Of a stretch of DNA of 64,000 bases, positions 56,114-64,000 are shown piece after piece (position 1 is the first letter of the stretch; the number at the start of each line of letters is the position of its first letter). Source of the DNA: Candidatus Thorarchaeota archaeon (lineage in GTDB: Archaea > Asgardarchaeota > Thorarchaeia > Thorarchaeales > Thorarchaeaceae); assembly GCA_046758445.1 (NCBI GenBank), contig JBHIAE010000002.1, positions 32,001 to 96,000 on the forward strand, given 5' to 3'. Made by a program: the position numbers and the translations under genes. The notes under the pieces are model-generated. The model searched no databases, had not been told where the DNA came from, and saw only the letters and a program-made list of their open reading frames with translations.

Positions 56114-57025
56114 ATGTTCAAGCCCGAAGGCGTCTATGTGGCGATGCTCACACCGTTCAATGAAGATGGCTCCCTTAATGAGGCGGAATTGCGGAAGATT
56201 GTGGACTTTCTGATTGAATCTGGAGTACACGGGCTCTTTCCTATCAGCTCTGTTGGAGAATTCATCCACATGTCCACAGATGAGAAAATCCGGATGATGG
56301 AAGTCATTGTGAGTCAGAACAAAGGACGAATTCGGATTACTCCTGGTGTTGGTAGCAGCCATCCAGCTGAATCAATTCATCTCGCTCAAAAGGCGAAGGA
56401 GATTGGCTGCGATGGAGTCGTTGTAGCACCACCTTACTTCTTTCAGCTCTCCCAAGAAAACATCGAGAAGTATTACGAAACTATCTCGGATGCTGTTGAT
56501 TTACCCATTATTCTCTACAATATCCCACTCTTCACTCAACCCTTGAATTATGATGTTGTCAAACGCCTTTCAAGAAGAGAGAATGTCGTGGCGATGAAGG
56601 ACAGCAGCGGAAGCATGGTCGACTTCATGCACTTCATGGATAAGATCAGAGTCATCGGAGAGGACTTGAACATTCTAGCTGGCAGAGAAGAAACGCTCTT
56701 TCCTACACTCATGGTCGGTGGCAAGGGATGCATGACAGCCACAGCCGGGATTCTGCCTGAGAAGATGCTAGGCATCTATGAGGCGTGGAAAGCAGGAGAT
56801 TACGAGCGAGCCCTCGAACTTCAATACTCAATCTTGCTTCCTGTTCGGACAATGTTCTCTATCACATTTCCATTGGGCTTCAAAGTTGCGATGGAGATGA
56901 GAGGGTTTCAGATGGGGCCACCAAAACAACCTCTCTCAGACGCGGAGCGCTTCAAGTTCAATACAACCAAGGTGCGAATCCAGAAGATTATGAAACCCAT
57001 CTTGGAGAAACTCGACAGGACCTAG
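56114..57025 (+). CDS. DapA/N-acetylneuraminate lyase family class I aldolase
   Basis: TPF, SSVGE, PPYFF, LYNIP, MKDSSG (Schiff-base Lys). Confidence 0.88.
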   Translation: MFKPEGVYVAMLTPFNEDGSLNEAELRKIVDFLIESGVHGLFPISSVGEFIHMSTDEKIRMMEVIVSQNKGRIRITPGVGSSHPAESIHLAQKAKEIGCDGVVVAPPYFFQLSQENIEKYYETISDAVDLPIILYNIPLFTQPLNYDVVKRLSRRENVVAMKDSSGSMVDFMHFMDKIRVIGEDLNILAGREETLFPTLMVGGKGCMTATAGILPEKMLGIYEAWKAGDYERALELQYSILLPVRTMFSITFPLGFKVAMEMRGFQMGPPKQPLSDAERFKFNTTKVRIQKIMKPILEKLDRT

Positions 57026-57134
57026 CATGGCCAGGTAAAGCTGACTAACACGAGGATCTCAACACAGATGCAAAGTAGTATATACGAAGAACGTGTTAAC
57101 AATAGTCAACCCTCGTTTGTAGGAGTCAAAGCCA

Positions 57135-57836
57135 GTGGATGACATTCAGGAATTCTCAGGCTTTCCTGAGGAGGCTCTAGATTTCTTCGGGGAGCTGAGG
57201 GAGAACAACTATAGAGATTGGTTCAACGAGAGAAAGAGCGACTATCAGGAGTATGTTCTGAAACCCGCTCAAGCATTCGTTGTAGCTCTTGGTGAACGCC
57301 TGACAGCTATCTCTGACAGCATTATCTCTGACACAAGGACGAATGGCAGAGGATCAATATTGCGGATCTATCGCGATATCCGGTTCAGCAAGGATAAGTC
57401 ACCTTATCATACTAGGCTCAGAATCCGGTTCCGGGAGGGCTCTGGAGAGAAGAATACTCAACCGGGTTTCTTCTTCGCGATGGATGAAACAGGCGGGAGG
57501 CTAATGGGAGGGATGCACATGTTTCCAAAGCCCCTTCTTGAGGAATACAGGCAAGCAGTTCTCGATGACCGAGCTGGTCCCCTTCTGGTAAAGGCCATTG
57601 ACGGCATCAAGAGCCTGCCTGGATATACCGTTGGAGGCGAGCACTACAAGCGAGTTCCAAGAGGCTTTGATCCAAATCATCCTCGGGCAGACCTTCTCCG
57701 CTATAACACACTGCACGTGAGTTCATCTAGGATTCCAGTCGGCCTCTTGAAGAAGCCTGATCTCATTGATGCCTGCTTTCAGCATGGTCTCAATATGGCG
57801 CCTATCCATCACTGGTTGGTCCAACTATCCCGGTAG
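57135..57836 (+). CDS. DUF2461 (TIGR02453) family protein
   Basis: FF..L..NN.R.WF..., RIYRDIRFSKDKSPY, KRVPRGF...HP..DLL. Confidence 0.85.
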   Translation: MDDIQEFSGFPEEALDFFGELRENNYRDWFNERKSDYQEYVLKPAQAFVVALGERLTAISDSIISDTRTNGRGSILRIYRDIRFSKDKSPYHTRLRIRFREGSGEKNTQPGFFFAMDETGGRLMGGMHMFPKPLLEEYRQAVLDDRAGPLLVKAIDGIKSLPGYTVGGEHYKRVPRGFDPNHPRADLLRYNTLHVSSSRIPVGLLKKPDLIDACFQHGLNMAPIHHWLVQLSR

Positions 57837-57975
57837 TACTCGTTCCGCCCTCTTGAGAACGACATGATCCTGGCCAATCAGAGAGCCTCAGAAACCATGA
57901 TCTAGGAACGACTCTAGTCACAGGTTGAAGAGCGTGCCTGAAAGGGCCGGAGGAATACATGTGCACGTCGACTAA

Positions 57976-58356
57976 TCAGGAATCCAAGAAGAAATCCCCT
58001 AGCTCCACCATACCTCGAGGGAAATACGGGATGAAAGCACGAAATCTCTGTCCTTCAATGGTCAAGGTCAACACCTGACCCGATCTATAGCTTTGTCCCG
58101 CCCAAAATACCCCCTCAGCATCTGTGGTGACTATTTCGCTGATGAGCTCATCTGTTGCGAAGATGCGGACGTCGACATTAACAGCAGGAATCCAGTCCCC
58201 TGAGGTTTCGTCGGTCGCGTTCCAGCGATAGACATGACCTCTAACGACTGCTGGCCTCCCACCAATGACCAACGCAGGTGCTGGTGAATACTCACCTAGA
58301 AGGACTGGCGCGGTGAACATCGAGCCGGACGTCACGATGATGACTAGCACTATCAA
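57976..58356 (-). CDS. hypothetical protein, N-terminal hydrophobic segment plus beta-sandwich (prealbumin-like)
   Basis: V.G.V, P..NV.V.I, TD..G.F pattern; start uncertain. Confidence 0.5.
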   Translation of the reverse strand: MIVLVIIVTSGSMFTAPVLLGEYSPAPALVIGGRPAVVRGHVYRWNATDETSGDWIPAVNVDVRIFATDELISEIVTTDAEGVFWAGQSYRSGQVLTLTIEGQRFRAFIPYFPRGMVELGDFFLDS

Positions 58357-58400
58357 CAGTAAGGCAATTCCTCGCTTTGGTAACCTGCCAATCCCGGGGA

Positions 58401-58685
58401 CTAATCGTCCCCCTCGGATTTTTTTGGGAGATTAGCATATAGGCGGTAGAGCCGATCAACCATTCTGTCAACTATAGCGCTAGAAACGACGATTCCAAAG
58501 CCGATGACAATTGCGCCGACGCTAGACACGCGGACCCATTCGATACCCGCCCATATTATGTAGTCGGCAACGAGCTCACCAAAACCCCACCAGATGATGA
58601 TGAAACCGACAAGCATCAATAGGCGGAACACTAGTTTGATTCTCCAAAATCCACCATTCTGGGTTTGTTCCTCACCCATTCCCAC
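58401..58685 (-). CDS. small membrane protein (2 TM)
   Basis: Two hydrophobic helices; GAGG SD-like sequence upstream. Confidence 0.5.
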   Translation of the reverse strand: MGMGEEQTQNGGFWRIKLVFRLLMLVGFIIIWWGFGELVADYIIWAGIEWVRVSSVGAIVIGFGIVVSSAIVDRMVDRLYRLYANLPKKSEGDD

Positions 58686-58879
58686 ACCTCATTTCCCTAG
58701 ACACCACACTTTCCTTTTAGAGTATCTGTTTGAGTAAGATTTGTACTGATGGAGAAGACATATCATCCCGCAGCTTTTCCTTGGGACTGCAGGTTGGGCA
58801 TGCATGATGTTTCCACCGGTCCAATCACGTTGAGTCCAAACGTCAGAAGAAAGAGAGCCAGCCTCACCAAGACGCATGG

Positions 58880-60001
58880 CTAGAGGAAGGGAGAAACCGT
58901 ACTCAAGATCTTCTTGATGGTCCTGCGGTTGAATCTCACCACACCTTTCTCCTCCTTTCTCTTCTCCTGATCCTCAAGTTCAGGGCAAGGCCTGCCCTGC
59001 AGGCCTTCGAGAGTTGCTCTGATGCAAGGTCCCAGAGTCAACGGATTATAACCGCCCTCAAGGACCCAGAATGACCCTTTCATTCCGCATGACTTGACAA
59101 GTTTCTCAATTGTGGATGCTATGAACCAGTATGTTTCGGAGTCCACCGCCATCTCCCCAATGGGATCGGCGAAGTGAGCGTCATACCCAGCTGAAACTGC
59201 AATCAAGTCAGGGTTGAAGCTCTCAATGGCCGGAATCGCTATCTTCTCAATGGCGGCCTTGTACGATGAATCTGGAGATTCCTGGTGGAGGGGTATGTTG
59301 ATATTCGTGCCTTCCCCTCTTCCATGCCCGGTTTCTCTATAGTGCCCAATTCCATAGCTTATGTAGTCGTATTCGTGGATGCTAATGAACTGAACTTTGG
59401 GGTCCTCATAGAAGATTTCTGACGTTCCGTTTCCAAAATGATCGTCTATGTCCAGTATGGAAACCCTTTGTGCCTGATTCTCAACTAGCAAATCTCTCAC
59501 TGCAACTGCTACATTGTTGAAGAAGCAGAGCCCCATTGAAGAGGAGGTTGTGGCATGATGGCCCGGTGGACGTACCAAGGCAAAGGAATGTCTGCAGACC
59601 TCAGAAGCCGCAAGTTCCGCCGCAAAGAGCGCTCCTCCCAGTGCGTGCATTGCCGATGACCACAAGTCTTCGCTGGCCCAGGCAGACTCACCCAGTACTC
59701 CCCCACCTAGCTCCGACATCAGCTCCACTGACTGTACGAGGTACGGCTTATGAACACGCAGAGCCTCTTCCTTGGTTGCCTGAGCAGTCTTGAACTTCCT
59801 TATGCCCTCCAGTGCTCCAGATTCCTCGAGATACTGTAGACTCATCTGAATCCGTTCTGGATTCTCAAACGCCTCTAGATTGGGTTTTACGAATGGTGCA
59901 ACATGTTGGTCAAATCCCGACTGCTCAATGAGAGTCAGCGTATTCTCTGGCAATTGAAACTCAACTCGACAAGATATGGCCACTTCCTTATACTCTTTCA
60001 T
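58880..60001 (-). CDS. Zn-dependent histone deacetylase/AcuC family deacetylase
   Basis: RPPGHHA, GLCFFNN, DID.H.GNGT, SAGYDAH..DP, LEGGY; start probably ~15-20 codons downstream. Confidence 0.92.
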   Translation of the reverse strand: MKEYKEVAISCRVEFQLPENTLTLIEQSGFDQHVAPFVKPNLEAFENPERIQMSLQYLEESGALEGIRKFKTAQATKEEALRVHKPYLVQSVELMSELGGGVLGESAWASEDLWSSAMHALGGALFAAELAASEVCRHSFALVRPPGHHATTSSSMGLCFFNNVAVAVRDLLVENQAQRVSILDIDDHFGNGTSEIFYEDPKVQFISIHEYDYISYGIGHYRETGHGRGEGTNINIPLHQESPDSSYKAAIEKIAIPAIESFNPDLIAVSAGYDAHFADPIGEMAVDSETYWFIASTIEKLVKSCGMKGSFWVLEGGYNPLTLGPCIRATLEGLQGRPCPELEDQEKRKEEKGVVRFNRRTIKKILSTVSPFL

Positions 60002-60036
60002 TGGACGAGTTGCTCAGAAGTGCAGCTGTACTTCTA

Positions 60037-60507
60037 TCAAGCAGTAGCAATCCGGAACGGCACATAGTCAGTCATGAGGACCTTCTTCCCAAGCCCCCTG
60101 AGGCTGGCCACGATCTGTCCGCGGTGATACGTGGAGTGGTTCACCATATGGAACAGGAACTCACTGAATACCACCCTAATCTTGTTGCCGTCCGCATCCA
60201 ATTCTAGGGCATCGAAAGCTCTATTCTTGATTAGATCAACAAGCTTTCTCTCGTAGACGGCGATGCTCTCGAACAGCTCGTCCCTTGGCATGTTCTCAAA
60301 GTCGGGCTCGTCCTCGGGGCTCTCACCAGTCCAGTCGTTGTACCATTGGTATATATCCAGAGCAAGATGGACGTACCTTGCTCGTATACTTCTCATGCCT
60401 CCGCCTGATGATTGAGCGAATTCCTCATCAGTCAGGTTCTTCACTAGATTCCAAATCGCCTCATCGGCCCATATCAAGTATTGGCCCAGTTTCTCCAGCA
60501 GTTCCAT
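60037..60507 (-). CDS. DinB family protein
   Basis: Y..WA, SI.....H, H..NH.TYHRGQ. Confidence 0.9.
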   Translation of the reverse strand: MELLEKLGQYLIWADEAIWNLVKNLTDEEFAQSSGGGMRSIRARYVHLALDIYQWYNDWTGESPEDEPDFENMPRDELFESIAVYERKLVDLIKNRAFDALELDADGNKIRVVFSEFLFHMVNHSTYHRGQIVASLRGLGKKVLMTDYVPFRIATA

Positions 60508-60629
60508 GAACCTAGTTTGACTCTATCACTGAAAAAGAATCGGTATAGACGTATCACGATGACCCACGTCTTGAGATAGTACCAAGAGGATTACTTAAGA
60601 GCGGGCCGCTTCACCTCGGGCCCAAGAAA

Positions 60630-60857
60630 ATGAGCAGCCAGCGTAGCACTTCGAAGAAACTATTGGGCGTGATTGTTGCAGCTGTGATCCTAGCAACTTG
60701 GGTCCTAGTGGACTTGTACTTTCTCTCTTCCATTGTAGGTGAATATAGCTACCCAATCTATGAGTTGGCGACCTATGGTTCCTGGTTTGTAATCATTCTA
60801 GTTGTTCTCTTCGTATGCTCATGGGCCGGATGCATACCTGAACGTCAACAAGATTAG
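60630..60857 (+). CDS. small membrane protein (2 TM)
   Basis: ATG start and two hydrophobic helices. Confidence 0.5.
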   Translation: MSSQRSTSKKLLGVIVAAVILATWVLVDLYFLSSIVGEYSYPIYELATYGSWFVIILVVLFVCSWAGCIPERQQD

Positions 60858-60915
60858 CCCAAAGAAGGCTTCTAATACTTGCAGCACTGCCCTCTCAACC
60901 CAAGGGGTATCCAGA

Positions 60916-61752
60916 ATGAGATTCGCGATCGACCTTCCAACCCCTCCGATTGCCGGAGGAACTGCCGAGATGATTGTCGACTGGGCTGTGATGGCTGAAG
61001 ATGCTGGATGGGACTCATTCTGTCTATGGAACCATCTACTAATGTCCTATCCACAACCAAGTGAGTCGCTTGATCCTTGGGTCCTCTATTCTGCAATTGC
61101 CACGAAGACAAAGAAAATCAAACTGGGTCCAACATATGCTCCTCTACCCAGATTGAGGCCTTGGAAACTGGCTCGCGCATTGGCTACGCTTGACCAGCTC
61201 TCGAGGGGGCGGGTGATCATGGGTGCAGTACTTGGCACGAGCGAGGACCATGAAGTCTTTGGTGAGGAAAGCAAAGACAGAATCCGTGCAGAGAAGTTGG
61301 AAGAAGGGCTAGCCATTCTAACTGGGCTCTGGTCTGGTAGACCGTTCTCTTTTGAAGGACGTCACTTCACCTTGAAAGAAGTCACTTTCATACCTACCCC
61401 TGTTCAGAAACCGAGAATCCCTATCTGGGTTGGAGGCATGTTCCCGAGCAAAGCGCCATTCAAGCGGGCCGCAAAATGGGACGGTGTCATGCCTGCACGC
61501 ATGTGGCCAGAAGAGCTATCCCGGGATGACCTTCGTGATATTCTGCACTTGATTGAACTGCACCGTGGGGATTTGAAAGACTTCGAGGTCATAGTCGGAG
61601 GTCGGACATCCGGCAGGCCAAGAGAAGATGATGAAACTCTCCAACCATGGATTGAGGCTGGAGCTACATGGTGGTCTGAAGGACTCAATGCCTGGAGAGG
61701 AAGACGTGAGGAGCTCGAGGAGCGAATACAGTTGGGTCCGCCGGAGATATAG
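60916..61752 (+). CDS. LLM-class flavin/F420-dependent oxidoreductase
   Basis: AE.AGWD, DPW, TLDQLS.GR, F.G..F, P.PVQ.PRIPIWVGG. Confidence 0.9.
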   Translation: MRFAIDLPTPPIAGGTAEMIVDWAVMAEDAGWDSFCLWNHLLMSYPQPSESLDPWVLYSAIATKTKKIKLGPTYAPLPRLRPWKLARALATLDQLSRGRVIMGAVLGTSEDHEVFGEESKDRIRAEKLEEGLAILTGLWSGRPFSFEGRHFTLKEVTFIPTPVQKPRIPIWVGGMFPSKAPFKRAAKWDGVMPARMWPEELSRDDLRDILHLIELHRGDLKDFEVIVGGRTSGRPREDDETLQPWIEAGATWWSEGLNAWRGRREELEERIQLGPPEI

Positions 61753-61756
61753 CTCC

Positions 61757-62677
61757 CTACGGGAGATAGGACTTGTCTAGGTCAAAACTCTTCAGAGCCT
61801 TTAGACAGTTGAGAGTGATCTTTCCAGCCCATTCCTTCTCAGCGACGGGCCAAACGTCCTCAAATTGGCCCCATTTCCAAGTCGGCCACCAGCCACCATC
61901 CTCCGCTTGTTTCTCGATCTCTAGGTCGAGGAGATGGTATACATTGCCGGGATGAGTGCGAGCCAAGATTGAATCAATGGATGGTGATAGCCAGAATACC
62001 CTGATCTCGCCTAGCACTTCTTGTGTGAGTGGTGCGATCTCACGAAAAGTACGTTCTATCTTCTCCATAGCTTGGGACTTTAGGGGCTCAGGCATGCTCT
62101 GATAGGCCCTCTCCCAACACATCACGTTATACAGTCCTTCGATGGTTTCAGAGCTCTCTAGGTTAGTCAGGGCGCGTTGGCTCATCTGTCTAAGCAGGCT
62201 GTCTGGAATGAGGTCCGCATATCTGTGGCAGTATCCAAGAAGCTCCGCACTCGGATTTGGCCAACTGGACTCTTTGGGCGGTGCAATCTCTTCAAGATGC
62301 CACCAAGGCGCATGAGGTTCTTCGTTGACATCCATGAATGTGAATGTCCAATAGTCATGCTCTCTATCGTACGTAGAAACTAGATACTCCATGGCAGACT
62401 TGATGACAGGACTGTCTTCTCCAAGGCTTATCTCCACACAGTACTGAAGTCCCACAGAAGTCGCGAACGGGGAGGACGCTCTTGACCGCAGATCGGGTTC
62501 TATTGCATTTCCAAATCCGCCATCAGAGTTCTGATACTCTTCTAACTCTCCAAGAACCTCATCGGCATGGCCGTTCTCAAAGTGGTACTCAAACAGCGCA
62601 CGATCAATATCCCTGGCATTCTTCCGGATGAATTCACATGCCCTTGAGAAAGATTCTGAGGTGAGTTTCAATCGCAT
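61757..62677 (-). CDS. alpha/alpha-toroid (prenyltransferase/terpene cyclase repeat-like) protein
   Basis: YQN.DGGFG..IEPD, HAPWW, Q..DGGW...W.W. Confidence 0.7.
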   Translation of the reverse strand: MRLKLTSESFSRACEFIRKNARDIDRALFEYHFENGHADEVLGELEEYQNSDGGFGNAIEPDLRSRASSPFATSVGLQYCVEISLGEDSPVIKSAMEYLVSTYDREHDYWTFTFMDVNEEPHAPWWHLEEIAPPKESSWPNPSAELLGYCHRYADLIPDSLLRQMSQRALTNLESSETIEGLYNVMCWERAYQSMPEPLKSQAMEKIERTFREIAPLTQEVLGEIRVFWLSPSIDSILARTHPGNVYHLLDLEIEKQAEDGGWWPTWKWGQFEDVWPVAEKEWAGKITLNCLKALKSFDLDKSYLP

Positions 62678-62745
62678 GGCCTCTTGTCTATCTGAGGCTT
62701 GTTTCATTCAAGCCGTGTGTTTATGTGTTCGTGTATGCAAAGGTT

Positions 62746-62811
62746 TATATCAATAGCGATATCAATATTGATATCGGAAGCGATATCGAGAACGATATCT
62801 GCGCCGATATT
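62746..62811. repeat. six GATATC-type palindromes at exact 12-bp spacing (probable operator array)
   Basis: TATATC 62746; GATATC 62758, 62770, 62782, 62794; GATATT 62806. Confidence 0.85.
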
Positions 62812-62827
62812 GGAGAAAGAAGACGAA

Positions 62828-63403
62828 ATGTGTGATGAAGGATTTGGAATGAATAGGCGGAACCCACATGGCCATAGGTCGCGTGGACATTGGATGAGAA
62901 GAATGGCATCAGCGCCGAAGGGACTTCTGCGCCACTATGTATTGAATCTCTTGAAAGAGAAACCGATGTCGGGTGCTGAGTTGATTAGAGAGATTGCCGC
63001 AAAGACTGACAACCGCTGGAAGCCGAGCCCTGGTTCGGTGTATCCGCTGCTATCATGGCTTCTGGACTCCGGGTACACAGAGGAGATACCCGATCAAGAA
63101 GCTGGCGTCAAGCGGTATGCACTGACAGAAGAGGGCGAGAAGTTTCTGAAGGAACACGAAGAGCGAAGGAAAGACTTCCCAGGAGGTTTCCCTTTCCCTG
63201 GCCTGCCCTTTCCATGGTTCGGCTCATTCCCTGAGGGGGCCCGTGACGTCTTCGAGAGCTTTAGGAAGCTTCAACGTGCAGGCTGGACTCTCTTTGAGCG
63301 TCTGAGAGAAGACATGTCTGAGGACCTTCTCAAAGACGTGAAAAAGCTGATTGATGAAACCACAACCAGGCTCCAGATCATCCTTGACAAGAAGAGCACC
63401 TAG
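62828..63403 (+). CDS. PadR family regulator
   Basis: L.LL.EKPM.G.EL, W.PSPGSVYP.L..L, Y.LT..G. Confidence 0.92.
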   Translation: MCDEGFGMNRRNPHGHRSRGHWMRRMASAPKGLLRHYVLNLLKEKPMSGAELIREIAAKTDNRWKPSPGSVYPLLSWLLDSGYTEEIPDQEAGVKRYALTEEGEKFLKEHEERRKDFPGGFPFPGLPFPWFGSFPEGARDVFESFRKLQRAGWTLFERLREDMSEDLLKDVKKLIDETTTRLQIILDKKST

Positions 63404-63425
63404 CCCTCGCTTAGCTGGAGCATTC

Positions 63426-63450
63426 GGAGGGGGCTTCAGGCCTCCTCTTC
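63426..63450 (+). terminator. terminator-like hairpin after padR
   Basis: GGAGGGGGC-TTCAG-GCCTCCTCT. Confidence 0.5.
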
Positions 63451-63506
63451 TACGGAAGGCTTTTTACAACCTACAACGGTGCATACCATATCTCTACCCG
63501 AGGTGA

Positions 63507-63737
63507 ATGGGGATGGTATCAGTCGTAATCCTGATCAAAGCCGAAGCCGGAACAATCTGGGACGCGTGCAAATCCATCGAGGAGATTGACGGTATAACCA
63601 GAGTCGACGTCGTGACTGGCCCCTATGATGTGATTGCCTATGCTGAACTCCCTTCAGTAGAAGACCTGCGAAGGTTGATGAAGACAGTACATGAAGTGGA
63701 AGGCATCAACCGTACGGAAACTTGTGTTTCTATCTGA
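63507..63737 (+). CDS. stand-alone Lrp/AsnC ligand-binding (RAM) domain protein
   Basis: V.G.YD.IA, I.G...TET pattern. Confidence 0.85.
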   Translation: MGMVSVVILIKAEAGTIWDACKSIEEIDGITRVDVVTGPYDVIAYAELPSVEDLRRLMKTVHEVEGINRTETCVSI

Positions 63738-63914
63738 GTTCCTTCATATCTACGTCGCTAGTGCATCTAGCGAATCCACTGCACACAACAATCGAATACA
63801 GTGAGTATGCTCGCTAGTAGGGCTCTGAACTACCAGTTCTGAAATGCCGTTCAGCAAAGATGTTAAGTGCAGGTCCATTGTGCGAAACAGTGGACCAGTG
63901 TAAAGGGTGATTGT

Positions 63915-64000
63915 GTGGAAACAAACGAGAGCCAGGCAAAAGATGTCAGTAACATGAACGGAAAGGTCTGCATAGTAACTGGCAGCAACTCTGGAATCGG
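63915..64000 (+). CDS. SDR oxidoreductase, N-terminus only (truncated by window end)
   Basis: GTG after GGGTGA; ...MNGKVCIVTGSNSGIG (TGxxxGIG). Confidence 0.8.
   Translation, partial: METNESQAKDVSNMNGKVCIVTGSNSGI

Noticed and set aside
62746-62811. CRISPR array
   Set aside because: The units are 6 bp with 6-bp spacers, and there are no cas genes in the window.

Overview
This is a 64-kb window of an archaeal chromosome, most consistent with an Asgard archaeon of the Thorarchaeia type. That assignment is inferred from gene content and style: S30e, Elp3, SmAP3-like Sm, TFE-beta, a Urm1-like modifier, H4MPT C1 genes, tRNAs with BHB introns and C-terminally anchored secreted proteins. Core information-processing clusters (rnhB-HTH-fibrillarin-nop5; archease-SPOUT-rpl3/4/23/2; RHH-ftsZ; srp19-gar1-TFE-beta; rlmE-trm1) are interleaved with metabolic genes (pyrD/K/B, thiolase, OFOR beta/gamma, mch/fwdC/ftr, mPPase, acs, AOR). 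There are five intact tRNAs, four with introns (one at the non-canonical 53/54 site), and one orphan tRNA 3' fragment. The most interesting signals are: (1) a ~370-nt intergenic element (50561-50937) that folds by hand into an RNase P/MRP-like architecture but lacks the conserved bulged U of P4; (2) a second ~200-nt candidate RNA with two loop-to-distal pairings after tRNA-Pro; (3) a HypD-like glycyl radical enzyme with the Cys-loop Glu replaced by Thr (GCVT), inserted before rpl3 without an activase; (4) a CoA-transferase-GNAT fusion divergent from MFS-acs; (5) a membrane PPase with altered ion-gate residues; (6) a 12-bp-periodic GATATC array upstream of a PadR gene; (7) a tandem-HNH gene split by an in-frame TGA. 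All RNA folds were derived manually, and no database searches were run.
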